A DNA stretch of 62,964 nucleotides, filler included, from Bigelowiella natans CCMP2755 (Eukaryota; Protista; Cercozoa): the NCBI GenBank assembly GCA_000320545.1. It is 6 parts of 6 records of this genome, joined end to end, with 100 filler letters (N's around TTAATTAATTAA, not from the genome) between each part and the next. Parts side by side here need not be neighbours in the genome. Positions count along the whole stretch, not along the records: positions 1 to 8,764 come from ADNK01002588.1; positions 8,865 to 14,881 come from ADNK01002929.1; 4 more parts are not named here. The stretch is one strand, 5' to 3'. Positions within the stretch are counted from its first letter, which is position 1; the number at the start of each line of letters is the position of its first letter. A program made the position numbers and the translations under genes. A model generated the notes under the pieces. That model was not told the DNA's origin, did not search any database, and saw nothing but the letters and a program-made list of their open reading frames with translations. Positions 1 to 14,206 of the stretch are shown piece by piece.

Positions 1-55
1 ACGCACGCACGCGCGCGTGCGCGCTACACTCTGTCTCTCTATCACTCAACATATT

Positions 56-125
<70 letters not shown>

Positions 126-365
126 TTTATATACCGTTTTGATGAGCTGATCGTAGAAGTGAATCATCGACAGCCATGGGGTATCAATCTTGAGTATTGT
201 CTACATACACCATACACATTATTAGGACTACTAAAACAAGAATAAGATATGATTGAACGCAGCAGCACTATCTTAGATTTCATTTCTATCTCAGGACTGC
301 ATAGTTTTGGAGACTAATTCACACACTCACACACACTCTTACACACACAGCATCATTTCTACTTC

Positions 366-401
<36 letters not shown>

Positions 402-1093
402 TTGCAATTGATGTTATCCACGTATTATTCTCTCTTTGTCTTCTTCTTCTTTCAAACAAGCTCTCCTCACCTCCAGGAACTTCGCGCAGTACAATGCGTC
501 ATTAGGAGTAAGGAAACACCTCGGTAATATGCCTACGGAAAGCAGCAGGAAGAAGTAGCAGCAGCGGTATTAGTAATAATAGGCGTACCGCATAGCTTAT
601 TATGCTATGTGCGTATGGTAGGTATATGTATTCATTTGCGCAATTTCATCATCGTCATCATCATCATCATTCATCATTCATCATCATCATCATGCTTTGG
701 CCCTCCTCCTGCTCATCCCCTCCTCCTAATTACAATATTGCAAAAAGCATGATCCAGTCTCTGATTTCGACTTCATGTCAGCTAGCCAGTAGTCCTGATG
801 ATGGTTAGCATCATTAACGTGTTGATGAGGAGGAGGAGGAGGACGAGGACGATGATAATGATGATGATGAAATCACATCAATCAGACAATCTTCTTCTTC
901 TTCTTCTTCTTTCTCTAATATATTTTCTCCTCCCACTGCATCATAGTTCTCGATGGTTCACTACCTTTCGTTTCTTTAATGTCTCCATAACAGATCTGCA
1001 TACAAGATTAAGATGTACAGAGGAAGAGAAACAAATTAGACGATCGCCCCCATCGAGTTTTCTGTTTCCTCCCCCCCCCCCTCCCTACCACCA

Positions 1094-1179
<86 letters not shown>

Positions 1180-1850
1180 TGTTTTGAGTTAAGTGACTTT
1201 TGATTTTTCCTCTGAGCTGCAACTTCATCTCTGAGCTTGCTCATTGTCTTCAACATGCCTGAGTTTGCCAGCGCCAGCAGCATAACATGCACCATTGCAT
1301 TCATCAACAACACTCCGACGAGCACTCCACTCATTTGAACATCATCCCGTCAAATTTTAACGGGGTAATTGGAAACTATAACGAAAACGCGTGTACACGC
1401 TGCTGTCGCAGGACGAAATCATAGGACAGTAGCAGTATGCGCTTGCATGGGCATGGGTTGGTCATCATCATCATCATCATCTTACGAATGAACGAATGAA
1501 TGAATGAATGAATGGTGTCACTCACGATCTTTCTCCTTGGACCATTTTTGGTCTTTGAGGTCGGGGGATGGACCGTCAGCCTGCAATTCAAGGAAGAAGA
1601 TGATAAGGAGGAGATCATGATGACGACGACGATGATGATGTTGATGATTCGAAATAACACCTATCCCTTTTATCACAATTAAGCACTTAAGTGGCAAATC
1701 ATCCAATATAGCAGCATACTATTTGGGCTTTGAGTTTGCTGATCTGATCTTCATAGAGCTTCTCTGGCACGGCCAAATCGCATCGATCCATCTCCCAGAA
1801 TACCTTACAGCATCAGAGGCAGCAATGAATGAATGAATGGGCAGACGAAA

Positions 1851-1885
<35 letters not shown>

Positions 1886-2135
1886 CATCATAATCCTCAC
1901 GACCGTTATCATCATTCTTCTCACAGTTACAACTAACAACTACCGTGTAAAATTCCGGCGAGATCTTATCCCACGTTGAAGGGGGCAATAGCAATTTGGC
2001 CGTGTCGCAGAGCGGAGTGCCTGGCATCCCCAAGTACCTCTGCACGTCGTCATCATCACCATCAACACCAAGATCAAGCAGAGAGACTCCATGCATGCAG
2101 CAAGTAGAAATAAGATGACGACTACAGATACATCA

Positions 2136-2169
<34 letters not shown>

Positions 2170-3737
2170 CAATGCTGCTTCTTCTGCTTATTAGTAATAC
2201 CGAGGGACCATCAGAATTTCTCTTCTGTGCCTTCAGAAGGCGTTCCTGCATTATCATCAAATCATCAAATCATCAAATCATCATCATTGTTGATGTTGTT
2301 GTCGTCGTTGAGAGACACAGTGATAGTAGTGGCAGCAGCAGCAGTAATAGTAGTAGCAGTCTTTTTGAGGTAAGAGCGAGATCACGGTTTTAGAATAAAT
2401 GGTAGTAGTTGAACATCGGAAAGAAGAAAGAAAAAGCCGAAGAGGCGGGAGCTTAGAAATGCTGGTGATACTAACACAATTAAGTACCCGCGCAAGTTGC
2501 TCTTTCGACTTTGGAGGATCATCACTCTTTTTCTTCTTCTTCGCTGCAATGTCTTCCTCCTCCTCCTGTTAGTGATGATGCAAATTAATTGAGAACGATG
2601 AAAGACGATTATTGACAATGATGATAGGAATTTGTTATTAATCGTTTGAGATTGTATGTTTGTATCTATCTTATAAAGCAGCAGCAGCACCATTTTCACA
2701 GCAGTAGTAGCAGCAGAATCAGAGCTACCGCCCCCGACCTTTGTATCCACTGTTATACACCAATAATAAATCAACAACAAAAAAACTTCTCAGCTACATT
2801 AAAAACATTATTTCGAATTTTCTTCTTCTTGTTCTTGTTTTCCTCCCCGAGCTCTGATAATTGATGATGGCCACTATCCGTCTCTCCTTGTTCTTCTTCC
2901 TCTTTTTCTTCTTCGTTTGTTTACTGTCGCTCACTTCACTGTAACACCTTTTGGAGGACTCGATATGCGCTTGTCCTGCAGCACAGGCCGAGCAATATAG
3001 AACGCCTTGGAGCACATCAGCAACAGCAGCAAACACACACACACGCACACAACGCGGTCAGGATGTATATGTCTGCTAGAGACGACGGCATTTCCAAAGA
3101 ACGACGTGCGAAAAGAACAACGGAATAACTCCTCACATCGGCTGGGGTGAGATGATACTTCTTGACCTGAAATATCATGGATACAACAGCAAGCACCATA
3201 TCATATCTTGCATATCTTGCATTTCAGACTTTTCATTCTCACATCCATCACCATCATCATTTTCTTTCGAATCATCGTGATCGTATACATTTTCAGAGTT
3301 TGTAAGGGCATGTGCGAAGGGACAACACTCTGCTTCTTAGCGTTAATGGCTTCGACTCTCCCCACCCTCCCCTAATCAAATCTCCATCCTTCTTTCTTTC
3401 TTTCTGGCGACTGACCAAATCATATAGTGAGGGAAGCTGTTGCGCATAGTCCTGACACACACAAAATTCGAATACTTTCATCACAGGGTCTAACGAGCTG
3501 TGGCAAAAACCAAAACGACTACACTTAAACACAGCCAGCACAACGATGTGGGAAGTGTTTCAATTGCGTTTATCCTCCGTGACTTGTTGCTGTTGTTGTT
3601 GTTGTTGGTGTAAGAAGGTTGAAAGACTGCTGCTGCTGCTGCTGCTGCTACTACTACAATGGGAAGTAGATACACACAGGAGACAGATAGGACAGGCAGG
3701 CGACAGAGAATGATAAATCTAAAAAAAACGGAAAACG

Positions 3738-3772
<35 letters not shown>

Positions 3773-3848
3773 CCGAAGTCTTAAGGCCTTGTTGCACGAA
3801 CTCTCCCAACTGGATCAGCACCTGATTGTTTGTGTATCGCTTTAGTAT

Positions 3849-3881
<33 letters not shown>

Positions 3882-5005
3882 TTAAAGCTGCGGAAGAGAA
3901 GGATATTATTAGTTAATAGAATATGCTCTGCTAATAGTTTGTTATATTATGTGTAGTAGCTGGCTTGCTGCTGCCGTCGTTGTTCTTAGGAAGCAAAGCG
4001 TAAAAACCAACACAACCCACCCCTTGGGTCTTGTCAATAAGCTCTGACATCTGCGTTAAAAGGAGAGAGGAAGAAAAAAGAAGAAGAGAAGGAAGAGGAG
4101 GAGGCAGGAGAAGAAAGAGGATAAGGCACGGTAGAGCATAGAACATTTTGATGAATAGTGTGGGTGTATTCAAAAATATACGATGTTGGTAGTCATCATC
4201 TGTGTTTTCAATTCATCGTTAAAGTTCTCCCCTCCTCTTCGCTACAACAACTGTGTTTGTTTATTGTCTCCCTCCTCCCTCCCTCCTCGTTTCTCTCTCT
4301 TCATTTCTTCTTCTTCTTCTGTGTTCTTCAGTCAGTAACCAACCAGCACAAGATGAGGAATCTCCGACTTGAACATGATGTGATACTTTGCGTGAGAAAG
4401 GAGAAGGAAGAGCGGCAGGATGAACTTATTGCTTTTGAGGCAATCCAACAAGTACCTGATGATGATGATGATGATGAAAAACAATAACAACAACAACAGA
4501 GAAGTACATAAAAGAGCAGTATGCGAGGAGTGATGAGTGTCGCGTTCTACAATGGTATTAAATGTTCGGAATAAAAAGAATGCATGGGTGCTCTCCTTCC
4601 ATTCTAACTAGTCGGAATTAATCGATTAAGAGAACATCATCAACATGCTTCATCTCATCACCCGGTGGATTTCCTGAGAAGTTTCTTCTTTTTCTTGTCT
4701 CGTCGGAATGTGGCTGTCTCTCCCTGCTCGTTGTCCAAAAATAGAGAGCGGGGGGGTGTGAAGTCGGTCTCATGTAAATGAATGATGATGACTAACATAG
4801 GGGGAGGGGGGGGGGGGCTGAAGGAAGTACTCTCACTCTTTTCCTCCTTCATCATTCACTTAGTTCATTGAAATTGGTATTCTATGATGCACGCAGCTCC
4901 GCGACATAACCAATGGAGAGGGTGAAAATTGACCGATTATCCCCGACTAACAAACCCTCTTCTTCTTCTTCTTCTTCTTCTTCTTCTTCTTCTATCATTT
5001 GTTCT

Positions 5006-5044
<39 letters not shown>

Positions 5045-5099
5045 CATCATACGATATCTGTCCTCATTCTGAGCAAGTAGCTAGTAGCTATCTCTCTCT

Positions 5100-5141
<42 letters not shown>

Positions 5142-5750
5142 CCTGAGCAGCACTAGCCACCTGCAAAATAGGGCCTCCAGACTGCCCTTCAAGTTGGACG
5201 TCACCTAGGTCCTCCACCACGTTAATCCCGGTCATTTGAGATACCAGCTCTCTCAGGATCACAACCTACGATGTGTGAAGTGAACAAATAAATGAAGAAG
5301 AAGATGGTTGGTGGCTGCGGTGTTGATAAGAAAACGGACGACAACTACAAGAAGCATTTATAAGTGGTGGTGGTGATTGTGATGATTATAGTTTATTTTT
5401 ACTAGCTTAATCAGCATTGGGAGGAAAGATGAGTAGAAGGAAGATGAGGGGTATAAATTAAGTAAGTAAGCAAGTAATTAGTGGTAGTAACTGACCTCTA
5501 CGCATGTCTCGTCCAGTGCATCTAGATTCTGAGGAAAAGAACGAAGAGAAGACGAGCAGCAACGTGAAATTGGAAGCACAAAGAAAAATAGGACAAATAC
5601 CTATGGAATGATTGACTACTACTGTTTCCTACTGCATTTCTTATGTATCATCAGTGTACTTCTTTTTCTCCTAATATTACCTTGAGTCTGTTGACAACGA
5701 ATTGAATCATTGCTGTAAGCTCCGTGTTCTAAGTCAAGGAGAAGGAGAGG

Positions 5751-5783
<33 letters not shown>

Positions 5784-5938
5784 CAGCGTGAAAAGGGTTG
5801 GCAAAAAAAGAAAGTGCTTGTTTCTGTTCCGTCATTCTCACTAATCTGTTCTTCCTCCTCTTCCTCTTCCTCTCCTTCTTCCTTTTTCTTCTTCTTCTTT
5901 GCACCACCAACACCATGATAACTCACGACTACTAGTGA

Positions 5939-5971
<33 letters not shown>

Positions 5972-6906
5972 CGGGAAGCTGTGGTAGAAGTTTCCGCAGA
6001 ACTTGGATCCATTTCTGAACCACTTGGCAAGGTGTAACCCATCCAGCCTGCGCATGTATTACGTTTATTACACGCTATATTACGACGGCGACAACCTCAT
6101 CATGGAGGCACCAACAACCACGACGTTGTTGGAGGTGGAGTGGATTTTGAGGCATGCTGTTGCCTTCACCGTCTCGCTTCTTTTCCATTTTCGAAAGCAG
6201 TAAAATTGGTGCTTATTATCTCGTTATTCAAAGGAAAGGAAAGCACGCATAGCAGTAGCAGGAAACATCCTATTTACCGTGTCTTTTCCATGGAGAACTT
6301 CATCAGCATGCAATATATCTGTCCAACGATGGCATGAGTATTGTTATTATTCCAATTATTTTGTCATTCTTCTTCTTATTATTATTATTAGTAGTAGTAA
6401 AAGGAGGTCATTGGGAGCGATATTTCTATTGTTGATAAAGAGCGAAGGAGGAAAGAGAACATAGATGTTAAAGAAGAAGAAGAGGAAAACGTAGGATAAG
6501 AACGTGTCTTAACAGTAGCGGTTTTCTTATTCAAAATGAGAAACAACGCACCAAACAGTCAAAGGCCAATCCGTGGAAGTACTTGAAGGCATTTAGCACC
6601 CAATCGTGCTGGTTTTCGTATTCAAGCTGTTGATCGAGGATGCCGTCGACTACGACCATTGGGTTGGAGAAGGCAACTTTCACCAGGAAGCGACCCATCA
6701 TTTTCTTAGTTGTGTTTGAGATTCTCCGGTTGAACTGCTGGACGTGCTTAATTGACAGAGCCTGAAGAGAAAGAGCGTCAGAAGAGTGTGAGTGTGAGTC
6801 TGAGTGTGTGTGGTAGTGGTACTACTACCTGTTGCATTCTCATTTCTGGGGCCAGCTTATAACCATGGTCTCTCCAAAATCCATAAATCTGATGTCTGCA
6901 GCAGCA

Positions 6907-6955
<49 letters not shown>

Positions 6956-7961
6956 TAAAGGAAGCCATCATCATCGTATACGTTGCTTGTGAATTCTGTT
7001 GCGCTGTACATCCTCCAAGGTACCATTACCACCCTCCCCCTCCTCCTCCTCCTTCTCCCTTATCCCACGTTTTCCTCCTCCTCCTCTTCTTCTTCTTCAT
7101 CATCATCATCATCTATGCTCTTAATCATTATTATAATTATCATAATTATTGTTACAGCCTTTTCACTCATTAATACCTCTCCCAATATGGGAATTCCTTG
7201 AGCAATTTCCATAGTTCCGACGCCATCGCAGGATTCGACCTAAAGCACACAGCAGTATTCATCACATCACCAATAAATAACGCTATTCTTGAATGTGTCT
7301 TATGTGCAGCAGCGGGAGTGAAGATGAAAAGACAAGTGCGGGCAATGACGGCAATAATGATTATGGGGATATAATAAGAGCAGAAGATGAAGAACAACCA
7401 ACCCCATCAGAGAGAACGCTGGTATCAACAGCTCCTCGATGATTAGCTCTAACTTGCCCTCAAGTAGCTTGTCACCTTTGATAATAACAACATGCATCAT
7501 CATATGGAAGAGGAGGAAGAGGAGGGGAAGGAAGGAGGAGGATGAGGACAGTGCGATACACCCTCTCCCTCTTCCTCCTCCTTGTTCGTTTTTCTACCAG
7601 TTATTCTCAATAGTAGAAGATAAGGAGGCTGCTACTACCTACCACTACCTTTGACGACTACGTTCTTCTTGCTCTTCTTATCGCTGATGACGTATTCGCA
7701 GCACAGTCGACAAAGCTTGGTAAACAGCTTCGGGTCACGATGGAGGTACACAGAGAGATGCTCTGCAATCGGCCACACAACGTCAGGCAGTTGCTTCAAG
7801 TCCTCCACAGGTTTCATTCCCCACGGCAAGGAGGAAACACTGCCACTGCTGCTGCTGCTGCTTCCAACATAGTCGCTGTTTGGATGTTGTGATCCCGTCC
7901 CCTTGCCATCTACTACCTCAACCTCCATTCTGAGAACAACACAGGGTGAATTGCATTTAGC

Positions 7962-8003
<42 letters not shown>

Positions 8004-8356
8004 TACCATACACATACACATGACAGAACACAAGTATCCTCAGGCCTCACCCGTCCTCTTCCTCCCCCGCATTCTCTCCGTCGCCAGTTCTTGATGATCC
8101 TTTCTTCTGGTTCTGCTCTTCTTCGTGCTTCTCGAGTGCAGCCTAATCACGACGAATAAGGACAAAATAATGAAAGAGAGAAAAGAAGAAGACATCATCT
8201 CGCCAATCATATGAGATGATACAAGCCAAGGGCCCTTATTTTTGAACGTATGTTCCTTCGTTGATTCTTTTTCTCCTCTCCACAAACCATGCAACAAGGC
8301 AGCATGCATGCTGTTGTCACCAGCAGCTTCCATAAAAACTATAATCATCAATTCCG

Positions 8357-8391
<35 letters not shown>

Positions 8392-8461
8392 GTCATCGAC
8401 GACCCACCCCAAGAAGTCTATACTTGACGCAGCATTTTCGGTACACCTGCATGCAACGGCA

Positions 8462-8511
<50 letters not shown>

Positions 8512-8764
8512 GGGGGGGGGGGGGGGGGAAAAAACATTATTTTTGCCATTTACTTTTTTTATCAACCCCCTCATTGGTAAAGGGATCATATTTGGTCGGA
8601 AAAAAGCGTTGGAAAGGTGGCAAAAGCCCCTTTGAGGTGTTCCTCCTGTTCCCTCCCCCTTCCCCCTTTTTATGCCTTAAATACCGGGGGCAATTATTTG
8701 GGGGTATTAGCTCGGAAAGGTTACTCAAGACCTTCTCGGCAGAATGGCCTCATCCCGGGGGTTG
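1..8764 (-). CDS. THOC2: THO complex subunit 2, multi-exon, truncated at both ends (window start and contig gap)
   Basis: Minus-strand exons translate to THOC2-like blocks in the expected order: LSVYLHRDPKLFTKLCRL (~7700), EELLIPAFSLM..SNPAMASELWKLLKEFPYWERY..IYGFWR (7450-6860), GRFLVKVAFSNPMVVVDGILDQ..AFKYFHGLAFDCL (6560-6760), LAKWFRNGSKFCGNFYHSFP (~6000), ILRELVSQMTGINVVEDLGDVQLEGQSGGPIL (~5200), WDKISPEFYT (~1950), LSMIHFYDQLIK (~150). Confidence 0.88.
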
Positions 8765-8864
8765 NNNNNNNNNNNNNNNNNNNNNNNNNNNNNNNNNNNN
8801 NNNNNNNNTTAATTAATTAANNNNNNNNNNNNNNNNNNNNNNNNNNNNNNNNNNNNNNNNNNNN
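8765..8864. other. Artificial contig linker (44N-TTAATTAATTAA-44N)
   Basis: The same 100-nt spacer, with stops in all six frames, occurs five times in the window. Confidence 0.97.
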
Positions 8865-8887
8865 TGTTGATATGCAGTGCGTTACGG

Positions 8888-8925
<38 letters not shown>

Positions 8926-8938
8926 TGTAAGTGTGGTT

Positions 8939-9630
8939 ACTTCTTTGCCATCCTTTTCTCATAGCTGGTATCATCGAGATCGCCGGGCTCCGGAAGAAAG
9001 CGGTAAGCTTCCTTGAGCAAATCGAAGTCGCTAATTACGTCCTTTGGAGGCTTCTGCTTTGCCAGATCTTCCATCTTTCCCCTTGTGGAATACGAAGAGA
9101 AATTTGAATAATTTATAAATTTTGACGAGATTCAAACGAATACGAAAGATATAAATGTAAGAAAGGTAAATCATAAAGAGAGAGGGTAGAAGGGAAGGTG
9201 AGATCACAGGCTCACCCGTAATATTTGATGTAATCCTCCATTAGCTTGTGGTGTCGCTCGTAGCAGTTCATCCTCGCGAAGTTCGTGTATGACTGCCATC
9301 GCAACGCCTTTTTCTGCGATTCCTGATGAAGATCATTTTGTTAAGGCGTCGTTTTGTAGAATAGAAAAGGAGCGGCCTTGCAACGTGCTCCTCGTCACTG
9401 CAATGTGGGTGGTCAGACCTGAAACCCCTTTTGTGTCGGGCGTCCGCCACCCCACGATGAAGACGATGAAGATGTTGGATGCTGGAACTCTAACCGACGC
9501 CGCTTTCCGACAGTGTCGGCCCCAGATTCGTAGCCAGTGCTCTGGAAGTTCAACTCAAATCAGAGGGCGGCTCAAGGAAAAGTCTCGACGGCACACGAGC
9601 TAAAACCTGGAAATGATCGATGAAGCTCAT
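8939..9630 (-). CDS. FRA10AC1: FRA10AC1 (folate-sensitive fragile site protein, spliceosome-associated), 5' part; 3' end lost at the gap
   Basis: Spliced exons give ..ARMNCYERHHKLMEDYIKYYG|GKMEDLAKQKPPKDVISDFDLLKEAYRFL..DTSYEKRMAK, which matches the FRA10AC1 pattern (M.AY.RH.K.V.DYI.YYG...D.D...E.HRFL...WEKRLAKKYY). The start ATG at 9630 is inferred. Confidence 0.82.
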
Positions 9631-10142
9631 GAGCTTGCCGGCTTTGAAAACTGCCAAACTCGGTCGTTCAGTGCGTCCGATTAGTGTCTGAAAGGAATAG
9701 GCAGGCCTATCGTATTCCCTCTCTCAATTAGAAGATGAAGGGTGGAGGAAGGCAACGGGCGCTTTCTCCTTCGAGGAAAGCAAGTTCAGATTTTAAGTAC
9801 TCATAAAATATTGCTGAAATTGCTAAATTCATGTGATTTATCACTGATATATCCTAATTCTTTTGTCGCTTCCAGACTCAAGAGCCCATCCGCTTCCTCG
9901 GGTCCTCAACAGGAGAAATTACTGGATAAAAACATTGAAGTATCGCCAAAACGCTTGTCGTTTTATATAATAAATTCGACTATTTATTGTCGTAAGATAA
10001 AAACCCTATGCATATATTTTTAATTTCCTCAACATACGCAGATCGTGGCTCCCAATTCCCTCCGGAAGAAGAGGAGGAGAGATCGGAATAGTGTGGCGTC
10101 GGCGCGTTCGCGCTGCTATGGCTTGCCTGTGATAAACCAAGC

Positions 10143-11722
10143 ATGCGTAGAAGCGGCACTACTCCCACCCTGACTCGAAACCGAACGTCGGGTGGTACAT
10201 TCGAGTGGTTGGCGTCGTTCGACACGTGGAAGCTGCATCTGGATGGTTTTCTCAGGAGTAGCGGTGAGAAGCCAGCGCCGTCCGGCGCTGGCGACAGAAA
10301 GAGCGGGGACAAGTCGAAATTCCGGTTCGCCAACATAGGATGCGGATACAGCCTCCTCCATGAAGAGCTATATACGGAGGGTCCCGCCTGATGCTTGGCA
10401 TGCAATGTTAGGAATGGGGGGGCTCATCGGTGAGTTGCAATGCATCTTACAGGTTATACGAACATTATGAACACGGACGTTAAGAAAGATGCTATCGAGA
10501 AGATGAAGGCGAGAGCGGCAGGTGGGCCCCGCCGGTCTGGTGTCAAATGGAAGTGAGTGCGATAGAACGTCGTCATCATCTGATACCTGAAGTCTCGTAT
10601 CGTTGCCATCAGGATGGATGATATTAGAAACAGCAAACTGGAGAGCGGCTCTTTCGACGTGGTTATCGAGAAGAGTACGCTAGGTGACTTTATCCACTGG
10701 GCGGTCTAAAACATCTTCCATGAAATAGGGCTGAATATGGGTGGGGTTTCTCAGACTTCATCGTTGCCGAAAGTCTCGCGGACGCTCTGAAGATGATCTT
10801 CCACATCCATAGAATTCTCAAATTAGGTGATTTTTTTTGGTGAGGAATTGTGTATTTGAATACATACAATAGACACGTAATCAATACCGTTCAGGGGGCA
10901 AGTACATCACTGTAAGCATGCATCCCCCATCGGTTGTGCTGCCTCTCCTTAGACCCATTCAATCAAAGCATCAAGCTCTAGTATCCGTATCTCTCCCACC
11001 ACCGTCGCAACCATCGCCCTTGCTGTCCGATCGACAGCAGAAACAGGACGACGTCACCTCGAATTCCATTCAGCACAAAGAGGGCCAACTTCATCCACAA
11101 TCAACGCCCAAATTCGTAAAAATACCCCCCCCGTCATCTGCGCCCCCCTCTACACGTCCGACCTTTGTTTATTGCTACGAGAGGAATCAGAAAGAGGATT
11201 TCTTCGAAGGATTAGTATCCGACGCATGTAAAGAGATCGAGAAAAGGTGGGCAGAGTCGAGGGAGAAGGTCTCATCAAAGAAAAGGCAAATTCTTGAGAA
11301 GGAATTCCAAAGGCGAGGAAAAGGGCAGGTCTGCACCATATTATCTGTAACATTGAATCGCTGGTTTATTTCTGTACTTTGCACATCTTAGGGATTCCTA
11401 CCACTGAAGCATGCGTATCATGTTCTTTTTGATGAGCTGGAGCCTATATCTACCGAGTATGTAAGGAGAACTAGCTAAAGATAATCAACTCCAAACCCCC
11501 TTCCCTCCGTGTGGTTGCAAGAGTAAAAAAGATACCCAGCTTATGCTCTGTATGTTGCGTTTGTTCATGTGCATCAGATATTCGTTCGAAGACTTTACAC
11601 TAGATCTCCTCAGATTTAGATCCTCACGTTCTGCTAGAAGAAATGAGGAGAAAGAGGACAGGGGAGAAGCCATGAATATTTCAGTGGAAGAGGCTTGCAG
11701 TTTCCTTGAAGAGATGGGTTGA
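10143..11722 (+). CDS. Class I SAM-dependent methyltransferase, EEF1AKMT4/METTL13-N-like, with a C-terminal extension
   Basis: Exons read TFEWL..FANIGCGYSLLHEELYTEG|YTNIMNTD..AIEKMK..VKWK|MDDIRNSKLESGSFDVVIEKSTL, giving motif I GCG and the FDVVIEKxTLD signature. The last exon ends at EEACSFLEEMG*. The true start may lie upstream. Confidence 0.75.
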
Positions 11723-11779
11723 CATTATTTCGCCGATGTAGGAAAATGTGCGTTCAGAATGTAGAGCGTAGATAGAACT

Positions 11780-12900
11780 AGCTCTCAAAAAACAACATGG
11801 ACACAGTCAGCGCATGCTGCATGTCACTGTAATCTGCAGCATTGTTGTCCATTTCCAGTTTGTCATATTGAGAACGTGAACATCGTTGCAATTGCACAAC
11901 TGTGAGCACATTGCTGTGCGCATTGAGCATTTGAAAAAACATGAAAGTGCTCATCACGTGGTGTGATGGCTGTGACCATCGATCAAACTCGCTCTTTCGC
12001 ATTCCCTGTGGTCACGTTGGAAATCGGTTTCCATTTATTGTTTCAGCTCATTTGAAAACTGCTGAACCGCCTTGCTCTGTTTCGTTGTTCGGTCAATCAC
12101 AGTCTTTCGTCGGTTCTTCGTCTCATTTCCCTGTGGTCATGGCCGGCCAAAAACTCCGCTCCCATCGGGTCATTGCTAGCATTGGTTTGGCTCGCGTTGG
12201 GCCGGTCTAGCGGTGCCGGTCAGGTGTCTTGCTCTTTTTCTTACTTGCTGCCAGTGACTCTTTCCTGACATCTTTTTGGGCTCAATGCGCAGGGATTCCT
12301 TCAATCTCCCCGAATTGATGAGTTTTGCGCGTGACGCGCCTTCTTGGTTTCCACATTGGGGTGCTTTCGAGAAGTGGGACCAGGGCGTCCTTCGTTGATC
12401 GTGTGTCGTGAAACTCTGTTGGGCATATTTCTAACGTTGTTTTGCTTGCGCACTCAAGAAGCCCTGCTAGCCTGTCTAGCTGTGCCCACCTTTTCGATCT
12501 GAGACGACGTTCTGGCGAGCTGGAGGAAGGTCTCGAAGGAGCTTTACTTTGAAACGTGATCGGTGTGAATGATCTGCGAGTGCGCATCATGTTCATCACA
12601 CGAAATTGTCCTTGAGTTCGACCGACGGCCTTCTCATCTCCGAGGAAATGAGGAAAAGAGATGCAACTACTTCACATTCTTCCACAAGAACCAACCTGGC
12701 CACCCTGATGACATCGTCATTGAACATTGAACAACGAACTTCGCATTGATGTAAAAACCACATGCGCAAGAACTAGATGGGAAACAAGCGTTTGCATGCA
12801 GCAGCGCCCACCACAAACAAAAATCATTGTCAACACCCTGCTGGTATGTGTGTGACGACGCCACGAATCAGATTGAACACTGCAGCCGATTTCGCAATGA
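11780..12900. repeat. TpA-depleted degenerate intergenic repeat or transposon relic
   Basis: Scarce TA, many CATG/TGCA words, and spurious ORFs with no Tyr (11941-12210, 12282-12599). Confidence 0.5.
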
Positions 12901-13076
12901 TATGCGCTTCCGATCATGTCGCAGATGCGAAACGCCCTCTGTCGACTGAGCACATTAAGAAGAAACGGCTGGCTTGCAGATTCAATCTTGCCTCCCCCAG
13001 ATGTTTCAAAGGCGTTTCTGACCGTGAGAGCAGGGCAAGCTAGTACGGACCAAACGCTACACCTGAAAAGCAAGCA

Positions 13077-13327
13077 ATGGAAAACCAGAGTGATACCGCG
13101 ACGAAAGGGGATGCTGCTGTCGAAGGAACGACAGGTAACAGACGCGCTACAACTGGAGATACCCTATCGGAAGGGAAGGACACCACTGGTAAAGACCAGG
13201 ATGCTCTGGAAGGTGTCGCCATTAGCCTACCCTGATTAAATTTTCAATGCATGTCACCGATAAATTTTATCGGAAAGGATGATTACCTTCCCCCCCCCCC
13301 CACTCCCTCTCTCTCTACATCCATATA

Positions 13328-13407
<80 letters not shown>

Positions 13408-14148
13408 TCCTTTTCTCTTCTGTCCATCTTTCTCTTTGTCTTCTGCTGTGTAAGTTGATGAGTTCCAATAATTGTCCATCTCCATAGCCCTGCTGATCGA
13501 AACAAGACTCCAAAAGCTTATCGGATCATTTAAAAAGGAAAATGTCAATCTCGAGGTGCTTTGCTTTCCAAGGATACATGTTAATCGGAAATCGTGTAGA
13601 CACGCTCCATCCTCTTTCTTCAAAAAAATGTTCTTATATTCTCTTCGCAATCATAACAGAAGGATTTTCTTTCTTCTTGGGAAGCATTCGAGAGAACATG
13701 TCAGAAGCTCGCCTTGAAGAAGGGGCACATTGTACGGCTTAGACGGGGGGTTGAAGCTAGGATGAAGGCAATGCGAGGCAAGAGTGCGGTGAGCAGCGAT
13801 GATTGTGTCGTTCAGATGTCATAGGGTTCAAAGTTGAAGACGTAAATGGACAGGTCAAGGATTGGAGCGAATTTTTTGAATGTTGTGTCTCCCAGCTTCC
13901 TCCCCCCTCCCCCTCCCTCTCGTGATCTCCTATACTTCCAGGTTTACACAGATTCTAATCTACCATGCTACAAACCAAACAGAAGGAGACCGAAAGTGAC
14001 GAGAACGTCGTTCATAAAGGCTGTACGTGTGATGGGGAATGTAAGCAGAAACCCATGAGAGGTACAATTTGGGTATGCAAGGACCCTGGTAAGGATTTGG
14101 CCTTCTGCAAAAAATGCTGGTGATAGATTTGAATACATAATAAACATC

Positions 14149-14206
<58 letters not shown>

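Noticed and set aside
8520-8764. Homopolymer-rich stretch after a poly-G run
   Set aside because: It looks like low-quality read end before the gap, probably a garbled THOC2 exon, and not a biological feature.
54-8816. Many 60-170 aa ORFs with HTHT, ERER, CVCV, poly-M/I/S tracts
   Set aside because: They are translations of intronic microsatellites; the real gene is spliced THOC2 on the minus strand.
8809-8820. TTAATTAATTAA as a biological motif
   Set aside because: It is always centred in N runs, so it is an assembly linker.
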